Part shown: in pieces, positions 18,084-25,883 of the stretch | How positions within the stretch are numbered: position 1 is the stretch's first letter | How the letters are laid out: the number at the start of each line of letters is the position of its first letter | Source of the DNA: a virus | Direction: 5' to 3' (one strand) | IMG/VR virus record: IMGVR_UViG_3300021960_000054 | Coordinates: 8,047 to 72,046 of that record | Length of the DNA: 64,000 nucleotides | The notes under the pieces: model-generated | Databases searched by the model: none | Told to the model about the DNA's origin: nothing | The model's input: only the letters and a program-made list of their open reading frames with translations | Made by a program: the position numbers and the translations under genes

Positions 18084-18413
18084 ATGATTAAACTTATATC
18101 TGAAACAGACGATGCACATAAAGCATACACTGCAGTAGAACGAATTGAGATGACGGTATCTTCAGATGCATCAGTCGATGAAATGTTAGATGTGTATAAA
18201 CAATTTCTCAATGCGTGTGGATATCATGTAGATGGTTATTTCGAACAGGTAAACGATGAAGAAGAAGTAGAGAGTGATTTTTGTCCTGTCGTGCTTGACT
18301 TCACAAAGAAAGAACAAGAAGTATCATGGGAAGTCCCTGCGGATCAGACTTTGTATGAAAGTCATGAAGCATTCATGAAACGTAAAGCGAGAGAAGAAGA
18401 CAATGACAACTAA
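18084..18413 (+). CDS. Hypothetical protein
   Basis: AAGGA RBS; EMLDVYKQFLNACGY. Confidence 0.65.
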   Translation: MIKLISETDDAHKAYTAVERIEMTVSSDASVDEMLDVYKQFLNACGYHVDGYFEQVNDEEEVESDFCPVVLDFTKKEQEVSWEVPADQTLYESHEAFMKRKAREEDNDN

Positions 18414-18630
18414 GAAATTAGAATTGAAGTTTGCTGATACATTCTTTGATAGTCTAGATGACAGTGATATGACTGAAGAAGAAAAGCAAGAACTCATCAA
18501 CGAGATTGGTCTCATGTTCGAAAGCGGTGAACTCATGTCTAGCGCACATGAACTTGAAGAAGATGAGATTCCAGATGAAGTTCGTGACGCATATGAAGAG
18601 TATGTACAGAACAATAAGTCATGGCACTAA
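18403..18630 (+). CDS. Highly acidic small protein
   Basis: D/E-rich 75 aa. Confidence 0.6.
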   Translation: MTTKKLELKFADTFFDSLDDSDMTEEEKQELINEIGLMFESGELMSSAHELEEDEIPDEVRDAYEEYVQNNKSWH

Positions 18631-18631
18631 C

Positions 18632-18817
18632 ATGAGCGTAACACTTGCTAAAGTGAGAGTGTATGATGAAGATACATTTCATAGAACAGGCGAAACAAAG
18701 ATAGTGTACATGTACGTTAATCATGAAGGACTACAAATCAGCGATGCATTCGATACAGTGAATGATGCTCGTTTGTGGTATTCAGAAATGATGAAAGACT
18801 ATCCGTATAGTAAATGA
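18632..18817 (+). CDS. Hypothetical protein
   Basis: MSVTLAKVRVY...; fills the operon gap. Confidence 0.5.
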   Translation: MSVTLAKVRVYDEDTFHRTGETKIVYMYVNHEGLQISDAFDTVNDARLWYSEMMKDYPYSK

Positions 18818-18833
18818 AGAAGAGCGAAGTTCA

Positions 18834-19187
18834 ATGTCTACTGCATTAGTCAAAGTAGAAAAACATCCAATCACAAATTATCTAGGACCGCAGTTCGTAC
18901 TTGTCGATGAGAAAATTGTATTCGATACGCGAGAAGCAGTCAAGACACATCTACCTGAAATCTGCGGTAGAGTGTTAGCAAGAGCATGGATAGACAAAGC
19001 ATTCTATGCACAACTAGAAAAGAACACACTAGAAACATTCAATACTCTAGGTGTATACTTACCTTCTGATATGTTTATCGAATTCAAGAAAGGTAAGACA
19101 AGAGCATCTATCATCGTCTACGAACAAACAGGAAGATTAAAAGTCCGCGTCTGTTCTTTAGAGATGACGTTAATAGCAAGAAGATAG
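18834..19187 (+). CDS. Protein with nitrile hydratase alpha / NHLP-leader-like segment
   Basis: GRVLARAWIDKAFYAQLEKNTLETFNTLGVYLP. Confidence 0.55.
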   Translation: MSTALVKVEKHPITNYLGPQFVLVDEKIVFDTREAVKTHLPEICGRVLARAWIDKAFYAQLEKNTLETFNTLGVYLPSDMFIEFKKGKTRASIIVYEQTGRLKVRVCSLEMTLIARR

Positions 19188-19206
19188 AACTAAGAAAGCA
19201 GAACAA

Positions 19207-19617
19207 ATGAAACAACATCCCAGAGCAAATCTAACAGGCGGTTATGTAAAAGCAGGATACGAGAATGTAAAGATAAGTGAAGTGAAAGATTACTTTCTCA
19301 TTCATGGTAAGAACAATTCTAATCCTGATGTATACAGAAGTCTTGCAGAAGTGGAACAGTATATCAACAGTCTTACTTCAGAGAAACATAAGTCACGCAT
19401 AGTGATTGTGCCTTTCTCTGTTAGTGAAGAAACTTTCGACAGAGAGATATATGATATTATACACTTTGTATATGATAGATTACAACCTGAAGAATACACT
19501 AAGTGGAAGATGGGTGAATCCTCAATCTTACATTGGGGTATTATTCAACGCTATAAAGAACGCTATTACAGTGACAGAGAAGAAGCACTGAACCGCCGTG
19601 CGATGCGCCGACTTTAA
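19207..19617 (+). CDS. Hypothetical protein
   Basis: Last gene of the plus-strand block. Confidence 0.6.
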   Translation: MKQHPRANLTGGYVKAGYENVKISEVKDYFLIHGKNNSNPDVYRSLAEVEQYINSLTSEKHKSRIVIVPFSVSEETFDREIYDIIHFVYDRLQPEEYTKWKMGESSILHWGIIQRYKERYYSDREEALNRRAMRRL

Positions 19618-19798
19618 AAACGTAATTTTTACTCCGGAAAAATTTTTGGAAACAGCATAGGGGGTAGTGCGTTTTCAGTTTTCGTGCAGTCGAATGTTTG
19701 CCGTACTCTGAGTCCGTTGGAACGTGCCGGCGCTAAGAGCGAGACTTAACCCCTCCGCACTCACAAAAATATTGCATATGTAGGGGGGTGTACCCTTC

Positions 19799-19827
19799 AG
19801 TATATCACAGTGAGTAACAGTTGTCAA
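19799..19827 (-). promoter_or_regulatory. sigma70-type promoter firing into non-coding DNA
   Basis: TTGACA-N17-TATACT with TGn extension and an upstream T tract. Confidence 0.7.
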
Positions 19828-19844
19828 GTAAAAAATAAAAAAAA

Positions 19845-19889
19845 GCGACACCCTACAACCCTTTGTCAGTAAGGGTTACAGGGCATCGC
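19845..19889 (-). terminator. Long rho-independent terminator
   Basis: Minus strand GCGATGCCCTGTAACCCTT-ACTGACA-AAGGGTTGTAGGGTGTCGC (19 bp including G-U pairs), then a T run. Confidence 0.8.
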
Positions 19890-19933
19890 CGAGACAACGT
19901 AGGGAGAAAGGGAGAGAAAAACCCTACTAGTCT

Positions 19934-20182
19934 CTAACTTGCAGTCGCGTCTACTCGTTCTACGCCACACAGTTTGTAACCGGTGACCTTGCGACCGTCT
20001 TTGAGTGGGATCACACCATAGGGTGTCTTTGTTTTAATTTCCCACATATACGTTGAGATGCGGTACATGTTCACGCCTGCTATCTCACACTGTTGTTTGA
20101 ACTCATCTATAGTAGCAGTATAGTTATCTGCTTCTTTCAGTACGTTCAGTACTTTTTCATATTGACCCATTGCTTTTGCCAT
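19934..20182 (-). CDS. Winged-helix-like small DNA-binding protein
   Basis: YEKVLNVL...MYRISTYMWEIK...KDGRKVTGYKL. Confidence 0.6.
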   Translation of the reverse strand: MAKAMGQYEKVLNVLKEADNYTATIDEFKQQCEIAGVNMYRISTYMWEIKTKTPYGVIPLKDGRKVTGYKLCGVERVDATAS

Positions 20183-20185
20183 TAT

Positions 20186-20368
20186 CTACTCCTTATCATA
20201 TGTAACGAATGCTACACCAATCATTGCGAAACCTGCTAATGCGAACAGCAGTACTTCAGTGAGTGACAGTGCGTTCTCCATACACTTGCCATCACAGTCG
20301 CTACCTACAGCGCCTAGTACTAATAGAAATCCGGTGATGCCTAATGCACCCGCGATTATATTACGCAT
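20186..20368 (-). CDS. Two-TM membrane protein
   Basis: Two hydrophobic segments; GAGG RBS. Confidence 0.65.
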   Translation of the reverse strand: MRNIIAGALGITGFLLVLGAVGSDCDGKCMENALSLTEVLLFALAGFAMIGVAFVTYDKE

Positions 20369-20501
20369 ACTGACGTACCTCTACTAAGTTCATTGCGTTA
20401 ACACCAAATGTGCCGTCTGCGAGAATAGCATCACACTGCTCTTCTGTCAGCGCGGTAACTATCTGCGTTTCACCATTCAATTTAAATTCAATTTCAAACA
20501 T
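20361..20501 (-). CDS. Small hypothetical protein
   Basis: Manually translated MFEIEFKLNGETQIVTALTEEQCDAILADGTFGVNAMNLVEVRQYA; follows the promoter at 20533-20561. Confidence 0.55.
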   Translation of the reverse strand: MFEIEFKLNGETQIVTALTEEQCDAILADGTFGVNAMNLVEVRQYA

Positions 20502-20532
20502 ATTCACTCACTTTCATTCTCATTATATACAC

Positions 20533-20561
20533 AGTATATCACAGTCTTATACAGATGTCAA
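20533..20561 (-). promoter_or_regulatory. Early sigma70-type promoter
   Basis: TTGACA-N17-TATACT with TGn. Confidence 0.75.
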
Positions 20562-20569
20562 GCACTAAT

Positions 20570-20770
20570 TTACACTTTTGCCATATAATATTCATTCCAC
20601 GCATCGTCACACACACTGGTAATGATATCACCAGGGATGAAATCAGGTAACTGATTGTCAACAATACTATAGAACTCATTAATCGTCTGACACTCACTAA
20701 CCATAGTCTCAGTTATAACGTCATAGACACGCTCTTCGCAGTCCATTGCCCATGCTTTTACAGCACCCAT
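20570..20770 (-). CDS. Small acidic protein (MGAVKAWAMD...)
   Basis: AAAGG RBS before ATG at 20770. Confidence 0.65.
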   Translation of the reverse strand: MGAVKAWAMDCEERVYDVITETMVSECQTINEFYSIVDNQLPDFIPGDIITSVCDDAWNEYYMAKV

Positions 20771-20793
20771 AATAGAACCTTTCTGTAAGTAGA

Positions 20794-20874
20794 GAGACAT
20801 GCAGTTAAATCTAGCATCGCGCCAGTTGTGTCGGTGACACATGCAGTTAAATCTAGCGATGTTCCAGTTGTCTC
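20794..20874 (-). ncRNA. Putative structured leader RNA made of two 39-nt repeats (period 42) with complementary loops
   Basis: ACATGCAGTTAAATCTAGC repeated exactly; differences between the copies preserve pairing. Confidence 0.6.
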
Positions 20875-20901
20875 GTTATCGTTAATCTTTATCATGTATA
20901 C

Positions 20902-20930
20902 ATTATAGCAAAGACAATGGCAATTGTCAA
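20902..20930 (-). promoter_or_regulatory. Consensus sigma70 promoter
   Basis: TTGACA-N17-TATAAT with TGn. Confidence 0.85.
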
Positions 20931-21270
20931 GCATTATTTTCACTTTTTTTCACTTTTTTTTAAAATAGTTGGTAAGTGTTGTATTTTTGCAACAGTGTAA
21001 GTTACTGTTTTTGTGTGGTTCTTTTCCCTTGACAACGGCGCTCGTATGTGCGAAAAAGCAACTTACTATTTCTAAACGTATTTAATACTGTTTATTCGCC
21101 CTTTTCGATAGTCACTGTATACACAACGATACACAAAACTATGCTAAACTTACCGATAATTCATGCTAATTCACAGTCTTTCACTCTATATGAATACTAT
21201 GTGAACTAGTTAAACAGTATGTGAATAAGACCGATATAAGGTAATGTTACTTCTATTGTTTGAGTGATTA

Positions 21271-21495
21271 TCATACCCATTCTACTTCTATACCAAAGAC
21301 TGGACTAGTTTCTTGCTTCTGTGTGATGTGATTGAACCCGCTATTGAAGTAAGTAGTCATATTGATTACTGTCTTATCTTTATAGTCTTCTTTCAGCATT
21401 GCGAAACATGCTTGTACTGCTTCGTTCTTCTTATCACCTGTGATTGGATGTGTCGTATAGTTTACGTCATTCATTGTGATTGTTTCTACAGTCAT
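21271..21495 (-). CDS. Hypothetical protein
   Basis: TAATG coupling with the upstream gene. Confidence 0.6.
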   Translation of the reverse strand: MTVETITMNDVNYTTHPITGDKKNEAVQACFAMLKEDYKDKTVINMTTYFNSGFNHITQKQETSPVFGIEVEWV

Positions 21496-21656
21496 TATTT
21501 TACCTTCTTATACATTGTTGCGATTTTCATGATTGTGTATGCGAGAAGTGATATTATCGTTGCCGCGCTTTCATTGAATACATCATACATTACGAATGCG
21601 AGTGAAAGCGCAACGATGAGTGGTATTGCTTCTTGCTGTATGTCTTCTCTGTTCAT
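21495..21656 (-). CDS. Small two-TM protein
   Basis: MNREDIQQEAIPLIVALSLAFVMY...; ATGA overlap with the HNH gene. Confidence 0.55.
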   Translation of the reverse strand: MNREDIQQEAIPLIVALSLAFVMYDVFNESAATIISLLAYTIMKIATMYKKVK

Positions 21657-22072
21657 GCGACTTTCTTTATGAATACATGAGGTAACGATAAGTAGTCTCG
21701 ATTGTCTCTCGTCTTTAGACGATGACAGCAAGCGCACAGTGTTTGCAGATTGCTCTCTTCATTGTTGTCGTGATTACCATCAATGTGGTCGACTTCTAAC
21801 TGCCATTCAGGATCAATGATTGTTGTTGTGCATTTACCGTGACCTAGACGATTATCGATGTTTTCACAATACGTCTTGCGATGCTGTTTGTATACCCAAC
21901 CACCAATGGCGTAATTCATAGCGTGATGCTTGGTGCAGACGTAACCCTCTTCAACACCGAATTCTTCACGAACCCATGTTGATTTGCGCCATTTTGGATT
22001 AGCAGTTGTGCTTGTATTTTGTGCGTTTTTACCGCAATTGGGAACTTGACATTTGGGACGATTGGTAACCAT
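21653..22072 (-). CDS. HNH endonuclease with Cys-rich N-terminus
   Basis: LEVDHIDGNHDNNEESNLQTLCACCHRLKT. Confidence 0.88.
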   Translation of the reverse strand: MVTNRPKCQVPNCGKNAQNTSTTANPKWRKSTWVREEFGVEEGYVCTKHHAMNYAIGGWVYKQHRKTYCENIDNRLGHGKCTTTIIDPEWQLEVDHIDGNHDNNEESNLQTLCACCHRLKTRDNRDYLSLPHVFIKKVA

Positions 22073-22108
22073 TTGAAACCTCTCTATTACAATTCATCTT
22101 ACTTATAT

Positions 22109-22137
22109 AATATAACAGAACTTTACATAAATGTCAA
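22109..22137 (-). promoter_or_regulatory. Early sigma70-type promoter
   Basis: TTGACA-N17-TATATT followed by GTAAGATG. Confidence 0.75.
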
Positions 22138-22220
22138 GTAAAAAGAAGCATAAAAATCATAATAATTGCGAAACAAATGGATATGACTATAAGCATCCAT
22201 AAGTATTCGAACTCATTCAT
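22134..22220 (-). CDS. 28-aa single-TM peptide
   Basis: MNEFEYLWMLIVISICFAIIMIFMLLFT; ATGA overlap with the upstream gene. Confidence 0.45.
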   Translation of the reverse strand: MNEFEYLWMLIVISICFAIIMIFMLLFT

Positions 22221-22429
22221 TGCTCTTGTGATTGCTCTTCTGCTTGATGTTTCCAGTGCTTTATGAACTCGTATGACCCATCTCGCATCTTTTGAATGTG
22301 TACATAACCGTGTTCTTCTAATGTCTCTGTATAACGCTCTAATGCGTCTTTAGTAGATTGCCATTTACCGAAACGCCATGCGCTGAAAAGCATTGCTGTT
22401 GCTAATATTGTGTGAATATACGGGTCCAT
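22217..22429 (-). CDS. Small membrane-anchored protein
   Basis: AAGGAG RBS; late promoter TATAAATA at 22449-22456. Confidence 0.65.
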   Translation of the reverse strand: MDPYIHTILATAMLFSAWRFGKWQSTKDALERYTETLEEHGYVHIQKMRDGSYEFIKHWKHQAEEQSQEQ

Positions 22430-22447
22430 AAATTCTCCTTATTGGTA

Positions 22448-22987
22448 TTATTTATATTTTACTACTATATTCATTACAAGTCGCCTAGAAGCATCTACCG
22501 GACTGCTAGAAGCATGATTAAGAAGACTACTGAAGTGTATTGCATTATTCATTGTAGGTGGTATTTCGAAATTCTCACCTGTCTCAGGAAAGAAGAACGT
22601 ATTACCGTCTGCCGCGTTGATATAGTATAGAATGCTATGAAACTTGTCTGCATCAGGCGCATCTGTATTAACATCGGTGTGCATTGCATGAAATGGTAAT
22701 GCTGAAGTTGCTCTTATTCGCGGAAACAGCATATTTACCTTCGCACGGATTACCTCACAATCAGGAATGTCAAGTGCAGTGAGTATTGCATCTACCCACT
22801 TGACGCCTGGTTGATACATAAGACTATTGCCGGATTGAATAACTCTTGTAAATTGTGGACTATCATCACCAATGTAGTCATCTACAGTATTCTCTGAATA
22901 TGACCAAAGAAAATCGGTGCGAGATACCGCTTCAAGTATCTCGCTATGTAATGCTTCACTGAGTACATTATCAAAAGTTTTAAACAT
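22448..22987 (-). CDS. 2OG-Fe(II) oxygenase-like protein
   Basis: IRAKVN...HTD...ILYYINAADGNT...HASSSP...RLVMNI. Confidence 0.8.
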   Translation of the reverse strand: MFKTFDNVLSEALHSEILEAVSRTDFLWSYSENTVDDYIGDDSPQFTRVIQSGNSLMYQPGVKWVDAILTALDIPDCEVIRAKVNMLFPRIRATSALPFHAMHTDVNTDAPDADKFHSILYYINAADGNTFFFPETGENFEIPPTMNNAIHFSSLLNHASSSPVDASRRLVMNIVVKYK

Positions 22988-22989
22988 TA

Positions 22990-23193
22990 CTACACCGTTG
23001 GGTCTGGATTGTTTTTCGCGTCTTGTACTGCTTTGCGCTGATTAGCACACCATTTAGCAAGTTCAGACATCTTTTTTCTTGCTCTTGTACCTGCAGACTT
23101 ATTACCTTTTTCGTGAAATGTCTGTAGTTCTAATTTAGTCTCTCTTACGAGGTCATCTAGTTCAAATACTGCATCTTGCCAGTCATTACTCAT
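22990..23193 (-). CDS. Histone H1-like (Hc1-family) small DNA-binding protein
   Basis: EKGNKSAGTRARKKMSELAK motif. Confidence 0.7.
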   Translation of the reverse strand: MSNDWQDAVFELDDLVRETKLELQTFHEKGNKSAGTRARKKMSELAKWCANQRKAVQDAKNNPDPTV

Positions 23194-23653
23194 CTTCATC
23201 ATCCTTTTTAGTAAATTGATTAGGTTGTACATCAGTCAGTAGCGTTGGAAATGCTTTGCGTACAATCTCTCTTGTGATGTTTGGATACATCTCTTCCAAC
23301 TTTTTATCTTTAGCGGCGCACACTAAATCTGCTTCAGTATAGTGAATACCTTCTAAGATTTGCACGAAAACCATCTCTTTTTTCATGCGAGGTAGTGGGT
23401 CTGTCTTGGCGCATCTTGCCAAGCGTCTACTCTCAGTATATAATGAGGCGCTAGAAAGACCAATCGGTTCTCTAGGGTCTCTTTTAAACGGTGGCGCCCC
23501 TTCGGGCAGGTCTAGTTCGATGTTCTTATCAAACGCTAGTGCTAAAACTGTTCTTAGCGGTCGTAGGTTGTATGATTGTAACAGTCGAATACGCTCTGCT
23601 TTGGTTTGAGCATCATTTACTTCTGTCAAAATTTCTGGAATATTTCTTCTCAT
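23186..23653 (-). CDS. Conserved T4-like hypothetical protein
   Basis: LPEGAPPF...EMVFVQILEGIHYTEA; late promoter TATAAATA at 23691-23698. Confidence 0.7.
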   Translation of the reverse strand: MRRNIPEILTEVNDAQTKAERIRLLQSYNLRPLRTVLALAFDKNIELDLPEGAPPFKRDPREPIGLSSASLYTESRRLARCAKTDPLPRMKKEMVFVQILEGIHYTEADLVCAAKDKKLEEMYPNITREIVRKAFPTLLTDVQPNQFTKKDDEDE

Positions 23654-23682
23654 TGTTAATTCACCTTTATTGAATGTTGTTG

Positions 23683-24303
23683 CTAATCTATATTTATACG
23701 CTTCAGCACATCGACATTACCTGCTATACTAATGCGTGTGATGCCTTCTTGTGTGAATGGAAATACTTGATGCTCTAACCAAGAAGGAAAGATTAGCATC
23801 TCTTTTGCTGATGGTACAAAATCAATTGCTTTATCGCTCAAAGCATGGTCTTCGCCATATCTAAATCTAATTACTCCTGCTGTTGGTGAAGTACCTTCTT
23901 GCGTTGGGTGCTTCGCTTCTAACTCATAGTCAATAGGATTATCAATGTATATTACAAACGATAGGTCTCCTGTATGAAAGTGTGGCGGGTTCCATTCAAA
24001 TGCTTTCTGAAAGTTAACCCATATACCTGTTATTTTAGATGTGTGTACATAATGAGGATAGTTATGATAAGGTTGTTGGTCCATCTTAGTCATATACAAA
24101 CCACATCTCTCTAAGATTTCATTTTCTGTCTCAGCATCTATACTCAGCGCACGTTCATCTACTATGTTACCTGCTAATGATTGATTGTACTTTTCTGTTG
24201 CAACATTTATCGAAAATTGCAATCTCTCTAAACACTCATCGGTGATTTCTGTTTTAAACAGAGTTGGACCAAAGCGGTGTAATGTTCCATAGTCTTCAAT
24301 CAT
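23683..24303 (-). CDS. 2OG-Fe(II) oxygenase
   Basis: WVNFQK...NPPHFHTGDLSFVIY...IFPSWLEHQVFPF...RISIAGN. Confidence 0.88.
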   Translation of the reverse strand: MIEDYGTLHRFGPTLFKTEITDECLERLQFSINVATEKYNQSLAGNIVDERALSIDAETENEILERCGLYMTKMDQQPYHNYPHYVHTSKITGIWVNFQKAFEWNPPHFHTGDLSFVIYIDNPIDYELEAKHPTQEGTSPTAGVIRFRYGEDHALSDKAIDFVPSAKEMLIFPSWLEHQVFPFTQEGITRISIAGNVDVLKRINID

Positions 24304-25883
24304 TTTTCATTTCCATATATCTCGTTACCAATAACAAAAATATCACTAGGTACTAATTGCATATACTCTTTCATCTGCGCTTCATCATATACGATTGGAA
24401 AACCTTGAGCATTGAGTGATGTGTTAACTATTGCAGGAGTACCTGTCAGTTCATATACTCGTTTTACTAAATCATACAACCAACCATCATCTTCATTGAC
24501 TGTTTGATATCTAACACTGTTATCAACATGTACTACTCCTTGTAGTGCTTTTCTGTTTTTTACTTGTGCAGTATGTAGCATGTAAGGAGACTTCGTTTTT
24601 GTATCTAGGTAGTTCTCCAGTTCTTCTTCTAAGATGATGATGCCATATGGACGCCACCACTCTCTACTTTTGATTTTTCGTATGTTCATCAACTTAGGAA
24701 CATTAATCTGATCCGTTCGATAGAATATAGACCTTCGACCTAATGCTCTAGGTCCTATCTCTGATGAACTTTGAAAGTTACAAACTATGTTACTGTGAGA
24801 AATATAGTCTGCCATAATGTCTATAGTTTCACTAGACGGCGTATATAAAGTTTCATCTGTGTACTGACCCGTAGGAAAACTTAATATAAGGTCATTCATG
24901 CTTGCTATCTCATGCATCATACCAAGAGACAGTCCTTCATCACCCACGCATGGAGGAATCATCACATTAGGAAACTCTTTAGACAATCTCTCATTAAAAC
25001 ATACGTTGTGTGCAACACCTCCGCTGTATGTGAAGCGTTCATTCTTATCAAAATGCTCTTTACAGAATTCTATCATGTAATCGAAAAGAACCTCTTGCCA
25101 TGTGTGTATCCAATCAATCGCATCAAAGTTTGGCGTGATGCCTATGCTGTCTTGGGTGCATTCACTAATAAATTCAGGTTTCTTTAAATATTGATGCTGT
25201 TCGAACAAAACTCTATTATACATCTGTGCGGTAACTTCTTTGAATGAAAACTTTCGCAGATATTTTGCATAACTCTCATTAAATTCTCCATAGGACATAA
25301 GTCCCATTAACTTACCAACTTGGTCGATTGTTCCTCCAGGTCTAGCGACAGGATTACTGATAAACAATAGTGATGCAAGAGCATATAGTCTACCAATACT
25401 GAACATCTCTGTTGACACATGTTCTACGGTCTTTTTGTCTCCGTCAAATACACTGATATGTTCATGGTAATCTCCATGACCATCGATAACTAGTGCCTTC
25501 TGTGTATCACCAAATAACCAATCTGCACATCTTCTGTGTGCATAGTGATGTAATACACGATAGTATTTCTTTGCTCTAACAGGAAGAAACGGAAATGCTT
25601 CTTCTATTAAATCTTGCGATACCTCTCGCACAGGACCGTCAGTAAACTTCCAGTCCCAGTCAACGCCTTTAGGTTGTAACATGTCAAATGCAAATACATC
25701 TAAGTTCTGCCAATCAATATTGAGAACTTTTAAATCATTTGCAATCTTAGCAAATTCATAGTGTTCATACGCATACTTTTTTACTTGCTTAACTCTCTCT
25801 AGCAATATATACTTAACTTCAGTACCATCATAGTATGTCGCATTTGCATCATGACCTTGCACATGTAACGTCAGTATTTTCAT
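24300..25883 (-). CDS. Carbamoyltransferase (NodU/CmcH/TobZ family)
   Basis: GHDANA, HHYAH, VIDGHGD, GKLMGL, SGGVAHNV, GDEGLSLG, EIGPRALGRRS, REWWRPY, HVDNSVRYQTV, NTSLN. Confidence 0.92.
   Translation of the reverse strand: MKILTLHVQGHDANATYYDGTEVKYILLERVKQVKKYAYEHYEFAKIANDLKVLNIDWQNLDVFAFDMLQPKGVDWDWKFTDGPVREVSQDLIEEAFPFLPVRAKKYYRVLHHYAHRRCADWLFGDTQKALVIDGHGDYHEHISVFDGDKKTVEHVSTEMFSIGRLYALASLLFISNPVARPGGTIDQVGKLMGLMSYGEFNESYAKYLRKFSFKEVTAQMYNRVLFEQHQYLKKPEFISECTQDSIGITPNFDAIDWIHTWQEVLFDYMIEFCKEHFDKNERFTYSGGVAHNVCFNERLSKEFPNVMIPPCVGDEGLSLGMMHEIASMNDLILSFPTGQYTDETLYTPSSETIDIMADYISHSNIVCNFQSSSEIGPRALGRRSIFYRTDQINVPKLMNIRKIKSREWWRPYGIIILEEELENYLDTKTKSPYMLHTAQVKNRKALQGVVHVDNSVRYQTVNEDDGWLYDLVKRVYELTGTPAIVNTSLNAQGFPIVYDEAQMKEYMQLVPSDIFVIGNEIYGNEK

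Noticed and set aside
20794-20874. CRISPR mini-array interpretation of the 19-bp exact repeat
   Set aside because: Only two copies, the intervening sequences are near-identical rather than unique spacers, and there are no cas genes in the window.
20758-20943. ORF-track ORFs 20758-20943 and the 5' extension 20771-20842
   Set aside because: They run through the promoter and RNA repeat without an RBS; the real start is ATG 20770.
18600-21700. Impression of altered dinucleotide composition around the strand switch
   Set aside because: It cannot be quantified by eye and needs a sliding-window k-mer analysis.
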